Shown here one piece after another: positions 34,386-47,392 of a stretch of 56,945 bases of DNA. How positions within the stretch are numbered: position 1 is the first letter of the stretch; every line of letters begins with the position of its first letter. The notes beneath the pieces were generated by a model. It saw nothing but the letters and a program-made list of their open reading frames with translations, did no database searches and was not told the DNA's origin. The stretch is from Chiloscyllium plagiosum (Eukaryota). The DNA is taken from NCBI RefSeq assembly GCF_004010195.1, contig NC_057718.1, positions 93,682,230-93,739,174 of the forward strand, in the 5' to 3' direction. Both the position numbers and the translations under genes were made by a program.

Positions 34386-35416
34386 ATGGGAAGTGCTGTC
34401 ATCTTGGAAAACATTGAGATCTCCACCAGAATGGAGGTAGGACCTCAAGGTTGGGGGAAAAAACTCTGACTTACAATTTATGTTCCCACCATGAAAATTT
34501 GGGTCACACTATTCAGAGTGATGAGAGAGGAACAGACTCTGATAACCACTGGCTTTAATTTATAAATAAGAAGCACTTATGAGGTCATTTCTACCTTGAA
34601 AGAATCGCCCAAGCCTTCTAAATGTAGAACAGCTGGTCATTCTAAACTTAAAACAACACATTTACTCAAAAACAAGAACTTAAGTTCTATAGTTCTAAAA
34701 CCCAAGGTCTTACATACTTTATGCACCCAGTTTGCCTCAGAATAATGCAGAGATTAAATTAGTTTCTAAATGTGCTCTGGTGGTGTCTGCTCAGAGTCCA
34801 CATCTAAGCAATCAAGTGCAGTGAACACAGATCAGTTATCAGACTCTCATTACCTAGCACAGAACAATTGCACTATTGACTACTACAGGAAGTGTAAACA
34901 TTAGATCAACCTACACTTACTTCTTCAGCACAAAACAGCACCTAAGTTAGTCAATAACCAACAGTGTAGAAATTCACATTGTGGGAGCCATGTGTGTCTG
35001 ATTGAGGTACAGAGAAAAGTCAATGGTGCAGAAAGAGCCTAATTTCTACATTAATTAGTCACGTGTCTACCTTAATTAACCACATAGTTACAATATAAAT
35101 TATTTGCAAATGGTATGAAGGTCCTCAATCTATGGAGTATTGATGATTTCGTGGAAGTGCATTGATGTTTCAGTGGTAGAATTCTTGCCTGACTTGGGTA
35201 ATGCCTGAATTGGAATCCTGCTCAATGCAGCAAGTGTTTGATGGAGGTATTCAAAATGATCAGGGCCATAAATAGAGTTGGAATGGAAAACAAATGTCCC
35301 CACTAGTAGAAGGATTAAGGTCACTGGCAAAAAAATACCAACAGAACATGAGGACAAACCTTTCATATACAGCAACTGACTGGGATCTCAAAAACACGGC
35401 CTGAGAGTGTAATTTT

Positions 35417-37137
35417 CTTTTGATTTGATTTATTATGTGCCGAGATACAGTGAAAAGCATTGCTTGCCATGCTATCCAGACAAATCATACCTTACATAAG
35501 TACATCAGGGTAATAGAACAGAATGCAGAATATAATGCTACAATTACAGAGAAGGTGCAGAGAAAGAAAGAAAGATCAACTTTGATATATGAGAGGTCCG
35601 TTCATAAGCCTGATAATTGTCTGCTCTGGTCTTGAATCTGTTAGTATGTGTTTTCGAACTGGTGTATCCTCTGCCTAATGAAAGAGGGTGTAAGAGAGTA
35701 TAACCAGGGTGGGAGGGATCTTTGATGATGTTAGCTGCTTTCCTGAGGCAGTGGGAAGTGTAGGTGGACTCAGTGGATGGAAGGCTGGTTTGTGTGATGG
35801 GCTGGGCTATGTTCACAACTCTCTGTAATTTCTTCTGGTCTCGGGCAGAGCAGTTGCCATACCAACTTGTGATGCATCCAGATAGGATGCTTTCAATGGT
35901 GCATCTATAAAATTTGGAAGAGTCATTGTGGACACGCTGAATTTGCTGAGCCTTCTGAGGAAGTAGAGGTGTTAGTGTGTTTCCTTGACGAGAGCATCAA
36001 CATGGATGGACCAGGATGGATTGTTGGTGATGTTTATGCCCAGGAATGTAAAGCTCTCAACCATCTCCACATCAGCCCCATTGATACAGAGAGGGGTGTG
36101 TCCTCCATTCTGCTTTCTGAAATCGATGACTAGCTTCTTGATTTTGTTGACATTGGGGGAGAGATTGTTCTCCTTACAAGGTACCGCTGAGCTCTCTACC
36201 TCTTTCCTGTTCTTTGTCTCATCGTTGTTTGAGTTCTGACCCACTTTGGTGGTCTCATCATCAAATTTGTAAATGGAGTCAGAGCTGAATTTGTCCACGC
36301 AGTCATGAGTGTCTAAGGTGTATAATATGGAGCTGAGTACACAGCCTTGTGTTGAGGGTTATGGGGGAGGAGGTATTGTCGCCTATCCTTACTGATTGCG
36401 GTCTGTGGGTCAGGAAGTCAAGGATCCAGTTGAGAGGGAGCAGAGACCTAGGTCTCAGAGTTTGGAGATGAGTTCAGTCAGAATTATGGTTTTGAAAGCA
36501 GAGCTAAAGTCAATATACAGGAATCAGACGTAGATGTCCTTGTAGGTGTCCAGATGTTCCAGGGATATGTGTAGGGGCAGGGAAATGGTGTCTGCTTTGG
36601 ACCTATTGCAATGGCAGTCGGAGAGGCTAGAGTTGATGTATACCATAAATTATCTCGCAAACTACTTCTTAATGACGGATTGTCAGAGGCACCGGGCGGT
36701 AGTCATTAAGGCACTTTGCCTGATTTTACTTTGGCACCAGGATGATAGTGGTCTTCTTGAAATAGTTGGGAACATCAGATCAGAATAAGGAGAGGTTAAG
36801 GATGTGTCAGCAAATATTCCTGCCAGCTAAGCTGCACTGGATCTGAGCGCATGACCAAGGGAAGCTATCTGGGCCAGTCACTTTCCATGGGTTCACTCTC
36901 AAGAAGGCCAATCTGATGTCTACGGCAGTGACTGTGGGTACAGGTACATTCGAGGCAGTTGGGGCATGTGACATCATCTCACTGACCTTCTGTCCAAAAT
37001 GAGCATAGAACGCATTGAGCTCATCGCAGAAGAATGCATTGTTGCCAACAAACCTATTTGACTTCACCTTGTGGCCCGTTATATTAGTTGACATGTGTAC
37101 ATGTGGTTAGTCCAGGACTCTAGCTTAGTCTGGTATT
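35417..37137 (-). mobile_element. Rex1/Babar LINE, 5'-truncated and decayed (inserted in an old CR1 remnant)
   Basis: DELNAFYA.F, VNP.K.TGPD, IYKFDD.TT.VG, NNL..NVNK.K..VIDFRK, VESF.FLG..IT, CLRKA.NIIKDPSHP motifs; (ATCAA)n tail. Confidence 0.9.
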
Positions 37138-38292
37138 GGGATGGAGTTGGGATCAGTGGAGGCAGTCAAGAGGGAATTGTTATCTGAAAAGGTAGAATAT
37201 ACAGAGTTATAGAGAGAATGTTCACGCTAATATACCATTCACGTATGACTGTGACCAAATTAGGTGCCATTTTGTGCCTGAGAAATCATGGGATCAAATG
37301 TTTATATCTCTTGTGATGGTCAATGGTAACTGACCTGTACCTACTGTGCTTGATTGTTTTGTCTTGGATGTGGACTCTGAGCAAAGTAAACCAATACCAC
37401 AGATATATTTGGTGGCAATACTCCAGTAGGTAAGTGCTCCCTCAGAGAGCCAGCACAGATAAGGCAGGCTGAAAGGCTTTCTGGGCTATCGACATCCTGT
37501 GTTTCTGAGTGGATAATATTGGTGGGAGGGAGGTCCTTGTGCCTGTGAGGGGAATTGCAGTAACCATTGAAATGGAGAGACATTTATAATCAGTCAGGTT
37601 GGAAAAAAAATAGAAATTTCAAACAGTAAGCCTTCTTAGGGAGGAAGGCTATTCAACCCTTAGTGTGTATATGCTGCCTCTTCAAAACATTGTACAATTC
37701 ACTGCACTCCCCTGCTCTTTTCACCTGATCCTGCCCTTTTTTTTCCACTTTCTTTCTCTCTTCAATATTCTTGTAAAAATTTCATCTGCTGCTACCATTC
37801 TTTCAGGTAGAGCATTCCAAAGTGTAATAATTCTATGTTGATGGTGTTTTCATACTTCTTGTTTAAACAGCAAACGCAGATCACTGAGACTAATCAGAAA
37901 GATATTTTTTGCAAATGACAGAGCGAGCAAGGTCAATGAGTGAGCTAATCTCATCATTTAATTATCCTGGGTTAAATATTGAATCTCTCCAATAACTTCC
38001 AATTGCTTACACTGTTAAATCCTGAAATGCATTCCAGCAATCCTTCAGTATTACCAAAGTCCACGGTCTGCCTGGGGAAAAAAGGTGAGAGACTTTGATT
38101 CTAAAGCTGCTGCACCTTTGGGGATGTTGTAAAATTAAAACTATGGATCTGATTAAGTCCAATGGGGTCGTACCTCATCTTAGACCATTAGCCTGAACTT
38201 GGCAGAGTACTTGGCGTGCATTAAAACATAATTTCTAAAGCACTGTAATTCTGAATAATCCACTTTTGCAGCTGTTTTTGTTTTTTTCTAAA

Positions 38293-39225
38293 ATACGGAA
38301 CTCCATAGGAATGGAGTCGGCCATTCAGCCCCTTAAGCCTGCTCCACTATTCAATAAGATCATGGCTGATCTGTGGCCTAACTCCATATGCCTGCCTTGG
38401 GCCCATATCCCTTGGTACTCTTGCTAAATTAAAATGTGTCCATCCTAGATTTAAATTGAAACAATTGAATTAGCATCAATTTCCATATTTGTGGAAGAGT
38501 GTTCTATCACCCTCTGCTTATAGAAGTGCTTTGTAACACTACTCCAGGCCCTAACTCTTAGACTATACCCCCAGGATTGTGGAATCTTCAACCAATGGAA
38601 ATAGTTTATCTTTATCCAGCCTTTCTTTCCCTGTTAGCATCCTGAAGACCCTGCTTTGATCGCCTTCTAAATTCTAGGGAATAAAAGTCTAATTTGTCTA
38701 GTCTCTCCTCATAAATGAATCCCTGATGCCCAGGGATCATCCTTGTAAACCCATGTTGAACGCCCTCCAATGCCAAAACATCCTTCCTGAGCTATAGTGC
38801 CCAGATCTGCTCTCAGTATTCTCAGTAGGATCAAACCAGAACTTTGTATAACTGCAGCATAACATCTTATAGAATCCCTACAGTGTGGAAACAGGCCATT
38901 TGGCCCAACAAGTCCACACTGACTCTCCGAAGAGTAACCCACCCAGACCAATTTCCCAATTACTCTACATTTACCCCTGACTAATGCACCTAACCTACAC
39001 ATCCCCCTGAACATTATGGACAATTTAGCATGACCAAGTCACCGAATCTGGTGAATCTTTAGACTGTTGGAGGAACCCAGAGGGAACAGGGTGAATGTGC
39101 AAATGCCACACAGAGAGTCACTCGAGGGTGGATTCGAACCCAGGTCGCTGGTGCTGTGAAACAGCAGTGCTAACCACTGAGCCACCGTGCCACTGTTATA
39201 TCTGCAGCCTTATATCCCAGCCCTT
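38293..39225 (-). mobile_element. Older CR1 3' portion split by HE1
   Basis: ggagtcggccattcagccc...tcaataagatcatggctgatct tail; ORF2 similarity upstream. Confidence 0.8.
38869..39193 (-). mobile_element. HE1-type V-SINE
   Basis: Reverse complement of 30745-31071; flanked by TTATA. Confidence 0.9.
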
Positions 39226-39760
39226 GTTCTAAATTCATTTTCACTCATGTTCCCAGTTTGGATTTAAGGTCTTGTGGGGAGGGAGATGGATGGAGCTGCA
39301 TCGCAGAGGCAGAATTCGGACATAACGGGAATTCAGGAGGAGCCCCATGATTGCTGTGGTTAGGAGATGGCATGGAGGGACGAGTCTAGAGGACAATTGA
39401 GGGGAAGGGGGAGGCCAGAGGCCTCATGTTGGGACTGGAGATCTTCGGAGGGTATTGGGGATGACTGTGTCCCACTCGGAGAGGTTTCTGAAGCAGCTGC
39501 TTGAATCCAGCTGCTCATTGGGAAGGTTCCTATCTCTTGGAATCCACCCAATCAATCCATAATGGAGCCCCCACCAGTTCTCCCATTCAAAGAAAGTTCA
39601 AGTTGAAAGCATGAATTGAAATGAAGCTCACAACATTATTACTGTAAATAAAGTTCTGCCTCCCATCTTGGGTTGTGTGTTTACCATTCACCTGCCAATC
39701 TCAGTTACAATTGGAAATGGGGAAGGCTGGAAGTGGCTTGCATTAGTTTACTTAATAAAA

Positions 39761-40075
39761 TCATAGAATCCCCCTCAGAGTGGAAACAGGCCCTTCTGCC
39801 CAACAAGCCCCACACTGACCCTCTGAAGAGTAACCCAGCCAGATCCATTCCCCTACCCTATATTTATCCCTCACCAATGCACCTAACCTACACATCACTG
39901 AACACTATGGGCAATTTAGCATGGCCAATTCACCTAACCTAACATGTTTGGACTGTTGGAGGAACCCGGAGCATCTGAAGGAAACCCACACAGACAGTCA
40001 CCCGAGGCTGGAATCGAACCTGGATCCCTGGTGCTGTAAGGCAGCAGTGCTAACCACTGAGGCACCGTGCCATCC
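39761..40075 (-). mobile_element. HE1-type V-SINE
   Basis: Reverse complement of HE1 head, V-domain and tail. Confidence 0.9.
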
Positions 40076-40679
40076 AAGATTTGTATTGTGTGATTACATG
40101 ATTTGCATATCAATTATATCCAAGTTATTATTTTCCCATACTAACTGGACAGTGCCAATTTGTGACTTGAAAGCCAGAGCAGTAACCTGGTATCACCTCT
40201 GGACATCCATTTTGGTCAGTATTCCCTAATATTTCGGTGCACACTCTCTGTGGAACGGAAGATGGCGACTGCCTGTACCCACCAATCACAAGAATTGGCA
40301 TCAGCAAATAGCTAGCCTCACTGTATCATTGTGAATGTGCCCAGGTCTGAACCCACACTTTAGATTGTAGTGCTGCTGCCAGGCCACACTGGGTGCAAAG
40401 AGAGGTGCCCCTCTCATGCAGAATTGGGTGCATTGTCAAGCTCTGAGCTTGCTTTCATAGGGCTCAGCCATTGCATCTCTACCTTGCCTGTTGGTGCAGA
40501 CTGAAGGCCAGGCAGCTTGGCATGTTTGCCTGTAATGAACAGATAAAAGCGACACTGGTCAGTCAGAAGACCGGTCTCCATCTACAGTCAGCAAAGGAGG
40601 CGAAGTGTCATGAGTGAGTGAACAGGAAGCAGAGGGCAAGAAGGGTTAGTGGTTTGGAGGAAGAGAATGGGGGTGAGAC

Positions 40680-40860
40680 CCATTGAGCAAAGATGCTGAT
40701 GCAGTAGTGAGCAGGAGTGGGAGGTGGGTTCCAGTTTTCCTAATATTTAATTGGAGCAACTTTCTGCTTGTCAAGTACTGGATGTTGGATAAGCCAGTTG
40801 ATAATTTAGCATCAGGTGGAAGAGCTGAGGGGTATGGTCATGCAGAGGACAGAAGGTCAT
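40680..40860 (-). mobile_element. Old L2 RT fragment
   Basis: Minus strand reads WLSNIQYLTSRKLLQLNIRKT-like, similar to 41580-41650. Confidence 0.6.
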
Positions 40861-41464
40861 TTAATCTAGCTGCGGCACTGCTGCATGTTTCTCTGGACTG
40901 TGGACCCTGCACTGACACAGTGGCTACTTCAGACCAGGCTGTGCTTGGGAATACTATCTAGCTCAGTGTTTGTCTTGGGATCCCAGCACTATAAGCATCC
41001 CTCCACTGCCCAATTCAAGAGCGGTACCCTGTGGGCATGGCACATGCTTAATGAGGAGAGTCACTTAACCCTCCATGATACTCCCCAAAACTGATACAAC
41101 CAAACTTTGGGCAGATTCAGTTCAGAGTTAACATTTTGAGTCTTCTCCAGTTCAAACAATATTACCTTCAATCCAGAAAACCAACGTCACTGTAATCTCA
41201 GTCATCGAGTTTCATTGTATGCACTGACACTTATGTGCACATTCACACAACAACCCCCTGATTCCAGACAGTGTCTGTACCTTCAACACAGTCACTATAC
41301 CACCCCCCTCCAAAACCTCTTCCCTGTTATTGATGGGAATCCCAGTCTCTTGGCTCCAGTTGTCTCTATCCAATCAAAGGAATCGCTTAAAATGGCTGCT
41401 CTTTCTGACCCCACATTATTACCACTATTGATCGATCCTTGAGTCTTTCTCAATTCTCACCTTC

Positions 41465-42365
41465 ACAATGTCCCTTAGCAGTATCATTCTAAAGTACTTT
41501 ATTCAATTCTACATGGATGTTGCTGACACCCAGATCTACTTCATACGGCAGGTCTCTCAATCTGATGTTAAATTATCAACTGGCTTATCCAATATCCAGT
41601 ATTTGATGAGCAGAAAGTTTCTCCAATTAAATGTTAGAAAAACTGAAGCACTGTTTCTGGTCAACTCTTTAAAGTCTGTTCCCTGGCTATCGATTTGGTG
41701 AACTAATATTCAAGATGATCTTGAAATGATCTTCTTATCTCCTCTTCATGCCATGAGGAAGACCATCTATTTCTACATCTCATTATTTTGCTTTAACCCC
41801 TCCCTCAGATTGTCTACTGCTGAAACCCTCACCCTTGTCTTTATTCCCTCCAGGCTCAACTATTTCAACACATTCCTGGTCATCACCCACGTTCCACTCT
41901 TCATGCACTTGAGTGCTTCACAAGCTCTGCTAACTCAGCAAATTCTGCCTTATTTCCCCTGTCCTCATTGACCTACCTTGGCCCCCATTGAAGGAACTTC
42001 TTGACTATAAAATTCTCAACTTACAGTATTGCAAAACCCTTCTCAAAGCCTCTAAGCTCCCTACTCTATAATGTCCTCCAAAGTCTCAATCCTCTAACAT
42101 AGCTTCTAACATTGATTTTTTTTTGCATTCCAGCTTTAATTGCTCCACCAATGGTGGCCATGCATTCAATTGCCTTGGCCCCAAGATTTGGAATTCCCTC
42201 CCTACATCTTTCGACATTTCTACCTTGCTTTGTTTCTTTAAGACACATACTTCTTTCAAAAAAAACTTTGGCTTGTTAACCTAGTATCAACTGGGTGGCT
42301 CAGAGTCATACTTAGTTTTAAAATTCTCCTGAGTTTATTATGTTAAAGGTCCGAGGAAATTTGTT
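41465..42365 (+). mobile_element. Old L2 LINE 3' portion
   Basis: SL..II.KY..F....DTQIY...LSNIQ.LMSRKFLQLNVRKTEAL; STAETL...F..SRLNY.N; L2-type end gttaaagg...aaattgttg. Confidence 0.8.
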
Positions 42366-42432
42366 GCTGCTCATGACTCCAATACTGCAGCTGAGCGGGG
42401 GGGGGCTCACAATTTGTTGTCTATGTCTTAGG

Positions 42433-42798
42433 CCATAAGACATAGGGGCAGAAATTAGGCCTCTCAGCCCATCAAGTCTGCTCTGCTATTCAGGAGAAAG
42501 TGAGGTCTGCAGATGCTGGAGATCAGAGATGGAAATGTGTTGCTGGAAAAGCGCAGCAGGTCAGGCAGCATCTAGGGAACAGGAGAATCGACGTTTCTTT
42601 CCTGAAGAAGGGCTAATGCCCGAAACGTCGATTCTCCTGTTCCCTAGATGCTGCCTGACCTGCTGCGCTTTTCCAGCAACACATTTCCTGCTCTGCTATT
42701 CAATCATGGCTGATAAGTTTCTCAATCCCATTCTCCCATGATCCCATTGACAATCAAGAACCTATCTATCTCAGTCTTAAATATACTCAATGATCTGA
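42433..42798 (-). mobile_element. CR1 tail fragment split by a PLE fold-back
   Basis: ccataagacataggggcagaaattaggcc...ttcaatcatggctgataagtttctcaatcccattctccc; reverse complement of 44040-44186. Confidence 0.85.
42493..42688. mobile_element. Young fold-back Penelope-derived element (family A) with intact hammerhead core
   Basis: Perfect 67-bp inverted arms at 42531-42597 / 42622-42688; 14-bp TSD TGCTCTGCTATTCA at 42479-42492 / 42689-42702; CTGAAGAAGGGCTAATGCCCGAAACGTC at 42602-42629. Confidence 0.92.
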
Positions 42799-42806
42799 AG
42801 CTTTTA

Positions 42807-43131
42807 GGGGTGACACAGTGGCTAGCACTGCTGCCTCACAGCACCAGGGACCTGGGTTCAAGTCGCACCTCAGGTGACTCTCTGTGTGGAGTTTACACAG
42901 TCTCCTTGTGCATGTGTGGGTTTCCTCAGGGTGCTCTGGTTTCCTCCCCCAGTCCAAAGATGTGCAGGTTAGGTGAATTGGCCGTGCTAAACTGCCCATA
43001 GTGTTAGGTGAGTTAGTCAGGGGTAATTATAGGGTAGAGGAATGGGTTTGGGTGGGTTACTCTTCGGAGGGTCGGTGTGGACTTGTTGGGCCAAAGGGCC
43101 TGTTTCCATGCTGTAGGGAATTTAATCTAAT
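42807..43131 (+). mobile_element. HE1-type V-SINE, full length
   Basis: Head, V-domain and tail; TSD CTTTTA at 42801-42806 / 43132-43137. Confidence 0.92.
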
Positions 43132-43553
43132 CTTTTAAAATTGAAAATCAGCATCAGCAGTTAGTGCATATTGTAAAGGACAAGATGTGGCTATGGATAT
43201 GGTCAAGTTAACAGACAGGGCCTCAAAGGCATATTGAAAATTGGCACCACCACCCCCCCCCCCCCCCCTCCTTAAGATGGAATTTTCCAAGTCATTTCCT
43301 GTGTAGCTTGAGATCCACAAAACTACCGTAACAGCAGTAACTTCCTTTCCAAATTTCTTGTACCGAAAGGAAGAGGTAGGTGGGGGTGTCATTGAGGATA
43401 AGGGTGAGTGCTACCAAGCAGTCTGAAAAATCACAGTCAGTTTCTGACAACAGCACCCCCCACATTGATTATCTACTTTCTCTTTTGGATGGAAAGCCCT
43501 TGAATAGTCAGTCAGCCCTCCCAGGAAATGACCAGAGGGTAAGATGATAACTT

Positions 43554-44186
43554 AGGAAGGCAAATGCAAAGATAGCATTATTTTGAGGGGACTTGAATGT
43601 AAAAGCAAGGATGTACTTCTGAGGCTCTACAAGGCTCTGGTCAGATCACATTTGGAGTATTGTGCACAGTTTTGGGCCCCATATCTCAGGAAGGATGTTT
43701 TGCCTCAGGAGCGGGTTCAGAAGAGGTTCACAGAATGGTACCAGGAATGTAAAGCTTAATATATGAGGGACATTTGCAGACTCTGGGATTATACTCAATG
43801 GAGATTAGAAGGATGAGGCGGGGGATCTAATTGAAAGTTGTAGAATACTAAATGGTGTGGTCAGTGTGGATGTTGGGGAAGATGTTCCCATTGGAATGAG
43901 AGACTAAGACCAGTGGGCATAGCCTTAGAGTAAAGGGAAGACCTTTGAGAACGGAGATAAGGAGAAACTTCTTCAGCCAGAGAGTGATGAATCTATAGAA
44001 TTAATTGCCACAGAAGGCTGTGGAGGTCAGGTCATTAAGAATATTTAAGACTGAGATAGATAGGTTCTTGATTGTCAATGGGATCATGGGAGAATGGGAT
44101 TAAGAAACTTATCAGCCATGATTGAATAGCACAGCAGACTCGATGGGCTGAAAGGCCTAATTTCTGCCCCTATGTCTTATGGTCTA
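43554..44186 (+). mobile_element. CR1 LINE 3' portion
   Basis: LRLYKALVRSHLEYCAQFWAPYLRKD; tail cctatgtcttatggtct. Confidence 0.9.
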
Positions 44187-44452
44187 AGATAGTGCTGGCA
44201 CAACAGCATGCCAACTTGTGACATGAACATTCACTCTTACCCACCTGTGGTTCACAGCCAGGTGGGCTGAAAGTCTTGCAACACTCCCCTGCCTGTCTCT
44301 CAATTTGGACATGCCAATTAATAATGTCTCCTCTTGGTCTGGCCTGCTCCCTGTGGATTGTAGTACCCTACATTGATCCTCTCAATAAGAGGTCTATTAA
44401 AATCCCAAACTGGCTACTAAGCTGCTTGTTCCCCACATCATTGCAGTCATGA

Positions 44453-44657
44453 TTTGGAGAAGCCGGTGTTGGACTGGGGTGTACAAAGTTAAAAATCACA
44501 CAACACCAGGTTATAGTCCAACAGGTTTAATTGGAAGCACACTGGCTTTCGGAGCGACGCTCCTTACCACCTGATGGAGCGTCGCTCCAAAAGCTAGTGT
44601 GCTTCCAATTAAACCTGTTGGACTATAACCTGGTGTTGTGTGATTTTTTAACTTTGA
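44453..44657. mobile_element. Fold-back Penelope-derived element (family B)
   Basis: About 65-bp near-perfect inverted arms around two broken hammerhead halves; TSD core ACATCATTGCA at 44435-44445 / 44658-44668. Confidence 0.9.
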
Positions 44658-45539
44658 ACATCATTGCAAGTTACCATAACAAAGGAAACGCAAAAATCTG
44701 GAAAGAAAATTTATCAGTGCTGCTCCACATACGATTTTATTAAAGAATGTAATCGTTACAGGTTAACTATTGACCAAGGATAGAATTAATTTTGTCATGT
44801 TCATTGTCACTTTGGATGGTTCAGAAAATGTTTCACATTGAAACTTTGGTGAGAAGACCATTCCAATCAGTCACTTTATTATTGAGTGTTTAGGTAGCTC
44901 CAATACTGTTGTATCAGAGAACCTTTACTGCCTTGTTCTGTTTGAACAGTGTTGTCACTGAGACTCACATGAGGAGTAGGCTCCCTTTGAAAGACGACAG
45001 CAGACAATGTTGGTGGTGCCAAAGGCTGCTGTGCCTCACTTGGAACAGTAGGGGCCACCACAGTCTGCACAGTCACCTCTACCAAGGCTGAAGACAAACC
45101 TTTCAGAGGAATGTGGACAGGTCTCCACGTTCGTGGCTTGTAAATAAATGTGCACAAACCCCTCTCAGTGGTGTTTACTGCATTCTCTCACACAAATGAT
45201 GATTGATATGTCACGTTTCATGGTCTCCAAAATCCAAATAAAAGATCTTTTTTCTAACCTGCAACTCAAGCCATATTAAGGAGTGTAAGTACATGTCAAA
45301 CTGCCTACTTTTAACTCAATTTTGCTTTCATTGGTGCAGATGTGTTCTGTTTGGGAAGCAGGTAACAGCATTCTATTGGCATTTTGGATTTCTGCTCAAT
45401 ACAGATCTCAGTCTCTTCTGGTTCAGTGAAGATTCTGCTGTTTGTTGGTCTGCTCACCTACAATTTCACCTACTTTTCTCTTTTGAATTGCAAAATCATA
45501 CCCCAAATTAAGAGCGGCTTGAAATTTTTGTCTACCTAT

Positions 45540-46244
45540 TATGTTGAGGTTGTAAAGGATGTTAGTGAGGCCTCTTCTGGAGTACTCTGTCCAGTTCTGG
45601 TCGCCCTGCTACAGGAAGGATATTATTAAACTGGAGGAGGTTCAGAAGAGATTTACCAGGATGTTGCTGGGAACGGAGAGTTTGAGTTAGAGGGTTAAGC
45701 TGGATAGGCTGGGATTTTTTTTTCGCTGGAGAGGTGACCTTATACAGAGGAACCTCGATTACCAACATTCGATTATCTGAATTTCGGATTATCCGAACAA
45801 GATCGCAAGCTCTCGATCCTTGGCTAACTATATTATCCCGTGTTTGATTATCTGGCAATCGAATAACCGAATGAAATACTCCCCGCTCGTGTCCTTTGGG
45901 TAATTAAGGTTCCTCTGCAGAGGGTTATAAAATATTGGGGGGTATAAATAATGTGAAGGGCAGGTGCCTTTTCCCCAGGATGGGGGAGACTAGGGGGCAT
46001 ATTTTTAAGGTGAGAGGAGAGAGATTTAGAAAAGACATGAGGAGCAATTCTTTACAAGAACTTTCTGCGGTGGGTGCAGACATAGTTACAACATTTAATA
46101 GACATTTGAATAAGGACAAGAATAGAAAATGTTTGGAGGGATATGGGCCAAGCGCAGGCAAGTGGGACGAGTTTAGTTTGGGATTACAGTCGACACGGAC
46201 TGGTTGGACTGAGGGGTCTGTTTCCATGACTCTGTAACTCTCTA
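45540..46244 (+). mobile_element. CR1 LINE 3' portion with internal deletions
   Basis: LVRPLLEYSVQFWSP.YRKDI.KLE.VQKRFTRML; ORF 45935-46237; CR1 tail. Confidence 0.9.
45745..45917. mobile_element. Tc1/mariner (Tigger/pogo-like) MITE
   Basis: Terminal inverted repeats CAGAGGAACCTCGATTACC / GGTAATTAAGGTTCCTCTG (17/19); inserted at the TA of CR1 'gaccttaTAgagg' (TA/CA flanks); internal GATTATCCG-like repeats. Confidence 0.85.
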
Positions 46245-46264
46245 CCTCAGTATGACCCTTACTC

Positions 46265-46700
46265 CAAATCCATTCACTTATTCAGTTGTAGGGTGTGAGT
46301 CTAATTTACAAGGCTGGTATTTATTGCCTATGCCAAATTGTCCTTCAGCCAGTAATGGTGTGCCAATTTCGTCGATGGAATTGATTTATTCTTAACTGTC
46401 CTGAGCTAGCCACATTGTTGTGGATCTGGAGCCACATAGAAGGCCAGCCCAGACAGGAAAGGCAGATTTCCTTCTGCAAGGGATATTACTGAAAGAAATG
46501 GGGTTTTTTTCTTTAATAAGGATCTCGTCATTTCAAGGTCACCGTTATGGATACTCACTTTTTAATTCCAGGTTTTCTCCTTAAAAAATGAACTGGGACT
46601 TGTCAGCAGTCATAGTGGGATTTGAGATCATACTTCTGAGATCATCACTCAAAGGCAGTGCATTCCTCATCCAGTAATGTAAGCACGATGCTGCTAAGGG
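46265..46700 (-). mobile_element. Old SINE-B
   Basis: ccacattgttgtggatctggagccacat..aggccag...ggcagatttccttc matches 11058-11130. Confidence 0.65.
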
Positions 46701-46720
46701 GCACACACACCTGTTGCTAT

Positions 46721-47392
46721 CAGTTACAGTCATAGAGCATCATAGAGATGTACAGCACAGAAACAGACCCTTTGGTCCAACTTGTCCATGCTGACCAGAT
46801 TTTTTCTAACCTAATCTGGTCCCATTTGCCAGCACCCGGCCCATATCCCTCTGAACCCTTCCCATTCATTAACCCATCCAGATCCCTTTTAAATGCTATA
46901 ATTGTACCAGCCTCCACCAGTTCATTTGGCAGCTCAGTCCATGTACGCACCATCTTCTGTGTGATAAAGTTGTCCCTTTTTGTCCCTTTTAAATCTTTCC
47001 CCTCTCACCTTATAGCTATGCTTTCTAGGGCTCCCTTACCCTGGGAAAAAAGACCTTGTCTATTTATCCTATCCATGACTGTCATGATTTTATGGACCTC
47101 TATAAAGTCACCCCTCAGCCTCCTATACTCCAGGGAAAACAGCTCCATCCGACTCAGCCTCTCCCTATAGCTCAAAACCTCCTATCCTGGCAACATCCTT
47201 GTAAATCTTTTCTGAACTCTTTCAAGTTTCACAACCTCCTTCCTATAAGAGGAAGACCAGAATTGCACACAATACTTCAAAAGTGTCCCAACCAAAGTGC
47301 TATACAGCTGCAACATGATCTCCCAACTCCTATACTCAATGCTCTGTCCAATTAAGGAAAGCATACCAAATGTCTTCTTCACTATCCTATCT
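46721..47392 (-). mobile_element. CR1 (HER1-like) LINE 3' portion
   Basis: ORF 47182-47382 LYSTLVGTLLKYCVQFWS.SYRKEVVKLERVQKRFTRMLPG; CR1 tail. Confidence 0.92.

Noticed and set aside
39260..39560. GC-rich segments (also about 960-1530, 27450-27760, 43240-43500, 44190-44430) as old MITE remnants
   Set aside because: Could not define termini, TSDs or a family by eye.
3310..42688. PLE targeting preference for CR1 LINEs (inserts at 3310, 16473, 32720, 42493)
   Set aside because: CR1 occupies a large share of the window, the TSD sequences share no motif, and the sample is too small.
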